Positions 1 through 6,924 of a DNA stretch of 6,924 bases are shown here, in pieces (positions within the stretch are counted from its first letter, which is position 1; the number at the start of each line of letters is the position of its first letter). The notes under the pieces are model-generated. The model saw only the letters and a program-made list of their open reading frames with translations. It had not been told where the DNA came from and searched no databases. The stretch comes from Vitrella brassicaformis CCMP3155 (lineage: Eukaryota; Protista; Chromerida), in the NCBI GenBank assembly GCA_001179505.1, contig CDMY01000990.1:1-6924 (forward strand), written 5' to 3'. A program made the translations under genes and the position numbers.

Positions 1-339
1 TATGGCATCATGAAGGGTGGTCAACACAGATCTCACTTCGGTGATGGCTGATAAGATCGTGTCTCCTTAGAATGCTTTCCTTGTCTTCTCCTCTCTCTCT
101 CCGTTACACAGCAATCTACCCTAGCTCACAAGCTCGCAGTGGTTCGTCTTGCCAAGCTGGCAATCCTGACAATTCTCGCGCGCGTTCCAGACCTTCCTCC
201 TTTCTTCCTCCTCTTGGTTTTTCCGTGAGTTCGGGTCGGCGGCAAGTCGGCGGAAGACAAAAACGGGAAGTCCGGATGCTCCCTCCTTTTCGAGAGAAAC
301 AGCATCATCGTCCACGTGTTCGTCCACAGATCTGCAGTC

Positions 340-2229
340 ATGGCAGCACTGCTGGCATTCCTGCTCCTCGTCGCCGCCAATGCCGGCAGGCCCAAGCTCC
401 CTGGTGCCGCGTTCATTGAGCCCACTGCGGTGCGTTTGGGCCTCCGTGCGCATCGCCACGTCCGCCAACCCATCTACAAGAGAACAGAGGTGCGTGCATA
501 CAGCACTTGAACGGCAGAAGGCATATGACACTTATACCAGTGTGGATCCATCCTCTTTGTTCAGCTACATTCTTCCCCTCAAGGTCGCGCTGCCAACCCT
601 GTGGACATCCAAACCCTGTGGGCCAACCTCGAGGCTATCAAGCTCGACGCAGCAGGCGACGGGCTGGTGCCCGGTGAGATCCCTCTCCCGGGAGACCAGA
701 GGCTCGAAAGGCGTACATCGATATCGCCAACATCATTCTAAGCAACAAGCCTGATGGGACGCTGTCCTGTCAAACCTTGCTGCGTGGCTCTTCTGGGGTG
801 GGCAAATAATTAATGCAGCAAGCCTGCACAAGGAACGTCTATGTGCTCACTTCCCTCTCTGTCTGTGGATGAAAACCATCAGGTGGGCTTGTCGTGGTTC
901 CTCTATTTCTTTTTGGCCGTTCTCAAGGCAAGATGCAGGACGGCAAGGACTTCACAATCTGGTACGTGGACAATGTCGGATTCCGCAAGGACAGCATAGT
1001 CTATGCGCTCACGAAGGACGGAGCCGTCAAATATGTGGAGGCGTCGGAGATAGAGCAGGTGTATCGAGGTAGGGGTGTGGCGCAAGATCCCCTCAACTGG
1101 CTGCTCATCGACGGCCACGAGGGATACCTATGGTCTATGTGGAGGGGACGCGCGGTGCTGGCGGCATCGTCGCGCCATGACAACTACAACATATTCAAGA
1201 AAACCATGGATTGCAATCTCATTATGCCCATCTGGTCTGGGGATGAAGTCGAGGAGGCCCTAAAAGGGCACCTCCTGGCTGGATCAGCTGGACGAGGTCA
1301 GGGATTATGCGGGTGGCATTATTCGCGACTATTTTGCGACGCCGGCCTCGCTCAAGGATCGCTTTGAAGGAGCTCTTCAGGGCATCACGTTCGACGATGT
1401 CCGACACTGGACAGGAGAAAGTCCGAGAGGCGTTCACGTTGACGATATCCCTCAGAACGTGCTGCTCTCCCTCCACCCCAACAGCTGGGCGCCTTTCGGT
1501 GGGAGAGTCGTGTGGCGGTCGCCTTAAATTTTCAAGCAGTTCCTGCAGAAAGTGGCAGGAGAGCAACTACTGAGGGCGCAACTCGACTTTGTCATGGACC
1601 CCGCACCAGTAGGCGATAAAGGCGACCCACTTGAGGAGCTCGTCCACCTCTTTTTGGCTGTCACGGAAGCCCCAATCTACCTCGAAACCCTCAAGAAGCA
1701 CCAGGCGCGCGTGAAGAAGATGCCTCGGCCGTTGAGGATGGTGACCGCTCAAGAGAAGCAGCGGAACCTGCTGAAGGTGCGGTTTGACACGACAGGGCAG
1801 GGCAGGGTGGCGCGCATGTTCTCCGGCAATAAGGCCAACGATGGTCAGCCGGAGCTCAACAAGGGGTACGACAGGGTGGGGCAGCCCGGGTTTTGGGTTC
1901 GCAGGGACAAGAACTGGCCGGTCATCGACTCGCTTTACATCGATGGTGACACTGTCTACCTCATCCAAGTCAGTGCAGACAGGGAGCACAGCGCCAGCGG
2001 GTTCAATCAGGGCTTGATCGACAGATTGAGAGCAAGCCCGGCGATGGCGTCTTGCTCCAAGTGGCGCATTGTGTGGGCCATCCCTCAGGGCGCATTGGGG
2101 GTGACAGAGTGGGACGAGGAAGCGCACAAGCTCTTCGAGGACGAGGAGTACGTATTCGAGCTGCCCGCTGATCGAGCCGAGAAGGAGCTCCAGGAGTACC
2201 TGGTGAGTGAGAGTGGGCAGAGGGAGTAA
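340..2229 (+). pseudogene. Crinkler/RHS-type effector gene (signal peptide + CR-NTPase + CR-REase), disrupted
   Basis: Exon 340-489 encodes MAALLAFLLLVAANAG-RPKLP (signal peptide-like). It is followed by intron 490-540 (GTGCGT..CCAG), then a header region and RKAYIDIANII. The Walker A region LLRGSSG|VG(L/K)SWFLYF is split by intron 798-882. Walker B-like WLLIDG follows, then the CR-NTPase motifs VLAASS..YNIFKK, MPIWSGDEVEE and YAGGIIR. The REase portion has GDPLEELVH, NWPVIDSLY and YLIQVS...EH. Lesions: a missing base near 930 (frame switch LKA/KMQ), an extra A in 1262-1265 (ALK/GTSW), and in-frame TAA at 1525-1527 (SP*IF). An alternative last exon 2315-2416 is possible through the GTGAGT donor at 2203. 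Confidence 0.75.
1552..2229 (+). CDS. Uninterrupted C-terminal segment of the Crinkler-type gene, encoding a restriction-endonuclease-fold (PD-(D/E)xK, Q variant) domain
   Basis: 225-aa ORF in frame with the upstream GGIIR segment across the 1525 stop. Motifs G.plEE, NWPVID and IQVS...H match the CR-REase pattern (E-helix, D strand, Q-x-T/S, H). It is not an independent gene start (GTG). Confidence 0.7.
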   Translation: MAGEQLLRAQLDFVMDPAPVGDKGDPLEELVHLFLAVTEAPIYLETLKKHQARVKKMPRPLRMVTAQEKQRNLLKVRFDTTGQGRVARMFSGNKANDGQPELNKGYDRVGQPGFWVRRDKNWPVIDSLYIDGDTVYLIQVSADREHSASGFNQGLIDRLRASPAMASCSKWRIVWAIPQGALGVTEWDEEAHKLFEDEEYVFELPADRAEKELQEYLVSESGQRE

Positions 2230-2560
2230 AGCAGGCAGGCCGGGAGAGGCAGGCAAAGCACAGAAAATGAAGGTGATTGATTGAACACGCTCTTGTGTTG
2301 ACTATCAGTGTCAGGGTCGTCCTCCTGCCCTAAAGCCTATCGCCAGAAAGAACGTGGTTTTGCGATTGTTCGACGCGCTCATTCAGCCCCAACGGAGCGC
2401 GGGGAAGAACTACTAGTGTGAAGAGTGAGTGCCCGTTGTGCAGCCGTGAGGGGGCTGATGAATTGAATGTGGGTGAGAGGTGATTGGTGGATGGACGGAC
2501 GGACAGATGGGTAGATAGGATAAGGGTGGTGCTTTTCATATGTAAGGTGACGCAAGTACC

Positions 2561-2609
2561 ACAATCAGGTCACAGTTCGTGTGCACAGTTCGTGCAGCAA
2601 ACAATCAGG
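2561..2609. repeat. Nested short direct repeats
   Basis: ACAATCAGG occurs at 2561-2569 and 2601-2609, flanking CACAGTTCGTG at 2571-2581 and 2584-2594. Confidence 0.7.
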
Positions 2610-2928
2610 GTTCTTGATGCAGTCAAATGAGAAGACCGATTTACCAACATACAGCAAACGACCCATCCACCCATTCACCCGCAGAGTGGCCACGTCGGCC
2701 AATTGGTCGGTGGCAGCTTCTTTCCGATGTTTTCCAGTGCAGGCAAGTGCGGATGGCATCACTTACATGCACAACAAACTGAGCGGTTCTGTACAATTCG
2801 CTTATGTACACTATGTCTGTACATGACTGTGCTGCCGAAGAACGCGAAAGGCTTCACGGCCAGAGCGCCGGACGGCCAGGTTTTTGGTGACATTTAAGGC
2901 AGAGGGATTTTTGAGAAAGTGTCTCTGT

Positions 2929-2963
2929 AGCTGTGCGTCTCGCAGAATGCGAGACGCACAGCT
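2929..2963. repeat. Perfect inverted repeat: 16-bp stem with GAA loop
   Basis: AGCTGTGCGTCTCGCA (2929-2944), GAA, then TGCGAGACGCACAGCT (2948-2963). The arms are exact reverse complements. Confidence 0.95.
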
Positions 2964-3882
2964 TGCGTGGGTACTGGAGCTGCTCATGCAGAAGGTAAAC
3001 ATACACACTGGCTCGTACGTACCGTTGTCAATATGTGGCTTCTGTGCAAGCAGCATCTGCTGAAGTTCTTCAACGGCCTTCTGCCTTCATGGTTGTCGAT
3101 CCAATAGTGCGGTTCCTTCACAAGGTACATTCTTACCAGACATAGGAAAGCCACCGACTCTGGTGTCTCTGTCTCATTTAGCTTGAATCGGAGCTGCGCC
3201 AATCTAGGGACAGCATCAATCAATGGGCCATCGCAGGGCTGCTCTTAGGTATGACAGGCACACAGTTGCTGTCTGTGGACTGGACGTGTCGCCTTCTGAT
3301 CAGTTGTGGCAAGAGAGATGCGCTACTCCATTGCACCAGACAGGGACATCATGTGGCACAAGAACCGCCAAAAGCACTTCCTTTTTCCAATACTCCAGCG
3401 GCAGAGCAGTATCCAGGTATCTGTAGCTGACATCCGTGCGAAAATGCGTGAGACAATGTCATGCCTGTGTTCCCTTTCACTCCAGGCTGACTGGGTGGCT
3501 GCGTACACACAGCTGGAGGTGGCAAGCATCTACGAGGGCGATCGTGATTTTTCTAAGTGTCGCTTATGGCTTGTCACCGCGAGAAGGTAAACAATGCGGA
3601 CGCTTGCAAGTGAGCAACGTCAATAATGTCTTTTTTTGTGTAGAGAGGCAAGTCGCATCGACTGCCCAGTTCTCATATGTAACCTCATGTCATCGATCGA
3701 CAAAAGTGAGGCGAACACACAGCCGCGTGTCTTGATATGTAATACACCCTCATTTGTTCGTGTTCGTAGTGGAAGCAAGAATTGGCAAGCCCTCCCTTCC
3801 GAGGCGAGTGCCACCGCAGCCTGCCCTCCCCGACTCATTCAAGACGCTGTTTGAAGATCCATTCACGGTCGAAAATGGCTGA
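2931..3882 (+). pseudogene. 3' exons of a TTC39/IML2-like TPR protein, 5' part missing or degenerate
   Basis: Exons 3054-3124, 3182-3248, 3304-3416, 3486-3586, 3644-3705 and 3770-3882 are joined by 55-69 nt GT-AG introns with consistent phase. They give ..DPIVRFLHKLESELRQSRDSINQWAIAGLLLVVAREMRY..FPILQRQSSIQADWVAAYTQLEVASIYEGDRDFSKCRLWLVTARREASRIDCPVLICNLMSSIDKMEARIG..ENG*. This resembles the TTC39/Iml2 C-terminus (LL.G..lr; W..p.a..ElA.l....A..wL..A). Exon 2931-2994 (..AWVLELLMQK) + HLLKFFNGL resembles the LELmy.wNGf motif but needs a 1-nt indel near 3085 to join. No start codon or N-terminal half was found. Confidence 0.5.
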
Positions 3883-4646
3883 CACGAAGGACCTCTCTCA
3901 TCCATGGCCATGCGTGTGATATCAATGAGGAAAGAAAATCATCCGCTCAGTATTGATTGATATGCATATCACAACCACGCCTCACCATACACCCATGATC
4001 CAGGGGAAGGCACACAGGGACACTTGGCCTTCACTGAGTACACGTCAAAAAGACACCCTCGCCCCAAGCACTGCACTGCACGCGAAAGTGATTGACTGAC
4101 CGAGCGTCGCCTGCGCCTTATCCTGTACTTTCCCCCGAAAACGTCGGCTAAAAGGTATTTCCGCAACGTGAGTCCCCCAATCTCCCCGAGACATGAGGCG
4201 CATGCGATCGAGCAGGGCGGACTCAAACGAGGGAGAGGGACAGAAGAGACCAAGGCTGAGGTCCCATGATGAGGATAGAAAAAGGGGAAGAAATAATCCC
4301 GCATCGCAATATCAGGGAGGAGAAAAGCCCATCTCGTACCTTTCTCACAAACGCTCCGCTGACAGGCCAAGGTCATGCAGCCCACCCAGACACGAAACGT
4401 CGAGACACGTGGAGCATCCGTCGGCCCGGAGGGTGCAAATCGGCAAATAGACTACGTGAGAAAAGAAGGGAAAATGCCCCTCGAACAAGTCAAAAAAGAA
4501 AACACTCAAAGGCCGCGAGAGAGCAGCGAAACCAGCGACACACTCTCGCCGGTAGGGCACGGAGACATAGCCGTTGGCACACGGATGGACGCGGCGACTG
4601 CAGCAGCTGCTGACTCATGCGCTGAAATTTCTTCTGGGCGCTGAGA

Positions 4647-5521
4647 TTACTGTGTCTTCTTGGTTGCGGCATAGGTGCACGGGCTACACCAAGAAACGAT
4701 GCCCTCCCACGCAGTTCGGCACCAGTTAATCACACGCCCAGGTAGGGCAGCAAAGAAATTCCAAAGCCGCCGCCACACCGGTTGAGGGAACGCGTGGTAC
4801 TCCACTACATGCGAGTTGCGCCGAGGATCAGAGTGTACGATGAGCGGCTCGGCCTTCGAAGAACAGAGCGAACAGCCCACAGAGGGACGGCCGAGTGGCC
4901 GAGGGGTGGATGCACCCGATCCAGAATCACTGGCGGCTGGCGTGGCTGCATGCAGCAGAGGTGAGGAGGGCATTGGGGGCGTGACGTGGCGGGACCGCTG
5001 TGGTCGATTGGTAAGAACTGGCTCTGCACAACACGCACACAAGCAGGCAGTCAGGCAGACACAGAGCACATGTCTTGCGTACACAAATGCATGTGTGTTC
5101 AACTTCAGAGCAATTCGAGTCTAGCTCCTCAATGTGCTGGCCAAACACATACTCAACTGCATGGCACAGACAGGGCAAAAGCCACATGAATCGACTCATC
5201 GGTCGGTTCTGCCTTTTCACGAGCTGGAATGCGGTCTACTCACGTTCCATCAAGCGGGAGAGACGGAAGTTCTCCGCAAAAACAGGATCGGACGCCAATC
5301 TGTCCGCTGTGAAAGGAGAAGGAACAACAACCGCATCGTTCATTCACCATGGGTGTGACCTCACCTAGCTCCTTCTCCTCTCGTTCTTCTTCCTCTTTCT
5401 TCTTCTGAACCGCTGGCGGCTCTTCTTGTGCACGAAGTCTGTAGAGGAGGGGAGGCCGGTAGCGATCGTCAGGCCCTACGGGCCCCTGCGGGTTAAGTGA
5501 CTCATTCGTCAACGAGAACAT
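4647..5521 (-). CDS. Multi-exon hypothetical protein
   Basis: ATG at 5521. Exon 5521-5365 (MFSLTNESLNPQG..KKKEEEEREEKEL), intron 5364-5307 (GTGAGG..ACAG), exon 5306-5244 (ADRLASDPVFAENFRLSRLME), intron 5243-5157 (GTGAGT..GCAG), and an exon from 5156 (LEYVFGQHIEELDSNCSE) are phase-consistent. The last junction is unresolved. The likely last exon is the S/P-rich ORF ending TAA at 4649-4647. Confidence 0.55.
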
Positions 5522-5850
5522 TTTTCCTTTCCCCCAATTGTCCCTTGGGTTTTCCGCAACCTTTGTTGTCCTAACCCTGAACCCTAAATGGACTCTCAGT
5601 TCAGCCTTTGTTACCGTTGTGCAGCTGGCATGCAGCTCCGCGAGCCCGGAATTACGGAATTTCGATGGGATCTCCGAGGATCTATGAAGTCCGCGAGGAA
5701 ATTTGCTTACCTGTCAACGCTGTCAACGCATGGAACACATGACGGTTGCAACCGACGTAGGGAGAGGACGACCTTCTCTGGAGACTCCTGTCCTGTGGAC
5801 GTCAGCTTGAACCAGAACGCGCCTCCTTTTGGCAGCCCTGTTGACTGGAC
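5522..5850. promoter_or_regulatory. Probable bidirectional promoter/5' UTR spacer between divergent genes
   Basis: 329 bp lie between divergent ATGs (5521 on -, 5851 on +). The region has a pyrimidine-rich tract, telomere-like CCTAACCCTGAACCCTAAA at 5570-5588, and tandem CTGTCAACG x2 at 5711-5728. Confidence 0.45.
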
Positions 5851-6924
5851 ATGCTTCGGTGCGTTCTCGCCCTGTGCTCTCTCTTTGGCGTGAGCCGTGC
5901 TGATGTGCCTCATGGGCTGAAGCTCACTGACAGCGCCAAGACACACAAGCGCTTCGGGGCCTTTGAGTAAAGCCCTCCTCTTCGTGCTTGCCCTCGCACA
6001 TTTCCACTGTCTGCTTATGTCAGGTACATTCATCCTCGGCCTGAGGCCGGGCTGGTGTCGCCCCTCACCACTATAGCCCTTCGCGAGGGAAGCAGCCTCC
6101 AGCCGGGGTCCATCCGAGGCAAGCTGAGGGTCCGCGGCAACAAGTCAGGGAAGGCCAAGGGCAAGCTGGTGCTCGCCGCGGGTAAGAAAGGCAACGCTCG
6201 TCAAGTGGTCATCTGCCCCTTGTCGTGTGCGTCTTCACGTGCAGATGGGAAGACCGTCGTCTTCCGAAGCTTCCAGGACTTCGCAAGGGGTGAGATGGTG
6301 CGAGTCAAAGTGCGAGAGGGTATCAGGACAGCCGATGGTCAGAAGCTCGGCGGAATGCAATGGAGGTTTTATCTCTCCGACATGAACCAAACGAACGAGA
6401 CGACGAAGCGAAAGCCGTCCCTCTCAGAGGAAGAGCTGACCGAGGCAGAGAAGGAGACTACAATCAGGGAGAAGAATGGCGTCTTCACGTTGGACCCCCC
6501 GCCACTGCCGGGTGACATCTTCTACCTGCAGGTAGACCAACAGGGAGGCAGGAGGTCCTTGACTGGTCATGTCTTGCTTTCGATGGCAGAACAACGTCTC
6601 GTATCTCAACCTGGACGACTACCACGCGACATTCCTCCGGGGAGGCCAGTTCGTCAATGGGTAGGTTCGTCCGACTGCGAAATGGTGGCAAGTGTCTGAC
6701 TGGCTGGCGTTTGTTTGTCCATCAAGGTTTGATTTCATGGACACCCTTCCTGTTGCGAAATACATGAGCATGTAAGCGTGTTGAGGGGCACAAAGGGCAG
6801 GCGCGTGATATTGCATCCCGGCGTGTGCGATGTGTCTTCTCTCTGAAATTGCAGGGGCTATGTCACCGTTCCGACGAAGCACTTCCCAAAAGTTCGTATG
6901 TCAGTTGAGGCAAAGCCTGGAGCG
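5851..6924 (+). CDS. Secreted protein with N-terminal bacterial Ig-like (SbsA/Big_5-like) domain, probable arylsulfotransferase family; 3'-partial
   Basis: Exons 5851-5966, 6024-6181, 6245-6531, 6590-6660, 6727-6771 and 6855-6924 are joined by GT-AG introns of 57-83 nt, all in phase with no stops. The product is MLRCVLALCSLFGVSRA-DV..FEYIHPRPEAGLVSPLTTIALR..VRGNKSGKAKGKLVLAADGKTVVFRSFQDFARGEMVRVKVREGIRTADGQKLGGMQWRFYLS..MGYVTVPTKHFPKVRMSVEAKPGA. The pattern P..VSP.T.I.+R / G.KSG...G.+.L..D.KT++F / F..GE.V.V / F.F recalls N-termini of bacterial aryl-sulfate sulfotransferases. YVTVP..FPK+.+ resembles the start of the ASST propeller. The catalytic domain lies outside the window. Confidence 0.65.

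Noticed and set aside
1645-1662. HLFLAV resembling the Crinkler LxLFLAK motif
   Set aside because: It lies between the NTPase and REase domains, not in an N-terminal header, and lacks the Lys. Likely coincidence.
1567-2256. 229-aa minus-strand ORF
   Set aside because: It is the antisense shadow of the GC3-rich REase coding region and has no recognisable motifs.
2480-2690. GGAT/GGAC-rich tract and partly complementary CCAT/CCAC tract
   Set aside because: Low-complexity simple repeats with only imperfect pairing, so not evidence of terminal inverted repeats.
807-3107. Stop-codon reassignment as an explanation for in-frame TAA/TAG (807, 1525, 3105)
   Set aside because: Frameshifts also occur, the 807 stop falls in a canonical intron, reading through 3105 leads out of frame in the next exon, and the intact 5851 gene has no in-frame stops.
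3300-3460. Minus-strand TDVS segment resembling the RNase H TDAS motif
   Set aside because: The frame contains multiple stops, and the plus strand is fully explained by phase-consistent exons.
3958-3971. 14-bp palindrome TGATATGCATATCA
   Set aside because: A 7-bp-arm palindrome is expected by chance roughly once per 16 kb, and there is no other support.
3969-4644. Overlapping ORFs of 70-138 aa between convergent genes
   Set aside because: They show compositional bias with no motifs or consistent exon structure. The region is most likely 3' UTR/intergenic.
4946-4955. TGCATGCA (apicomplexan ApiAP2-type motif)
   Set aside because: Single copy inside probable coding sequence, not in a promoter.
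5588-5893. 101-aa plus-strand ORF
   Set aside because: It overlaps the better-supported signal-peptide start at 5851 in another frame and has no recognisable features.
1-6924. CRISPR arrays, tRNA/rRNA genes, transposase or reverse transcriptase ORFs
   Set aside because: None seen: no regularly spaced repeats and no recognisable RNA-gene or DDE/RT motifs.

Overview
Eukaryotic, intron-rich, GC-rich protist-type DNA with short (51-112 nt) GT-AG introns. The style resembles chromerid/alveolate genomes such as Vitrella, but this is inference only. The raw ORF track is misleading because the genes are spliced. Four gene units can be reconstructed by hand. (1) 340-2229 (+): a disrupted Crinkler/RHS-type gene (signal peptide, CR-NTPase, PD-(D/E)xK REase) with two opposite 1-nt frameshifts and an in-frame stop. 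(2) ~2931-3882 (+): the 3' exons of a TTC39/IML2-like TPR protein, apparently 5'-truncated, with a perfect 16-bp hairpin at the edge of the recognisable part. (3) 5521-4647 (-): a multi-exon hypothetical gene. (4) 5851->6924 (+): an intact, secreted, bacterial-like Ig-domain/arylsulfotransferase-type gene running off the window. Genes 3 and 4 are divergent across a 329-bp spacer that contains telomere-like repeats. All family assignments come from motif recognition by eye, not database searches.
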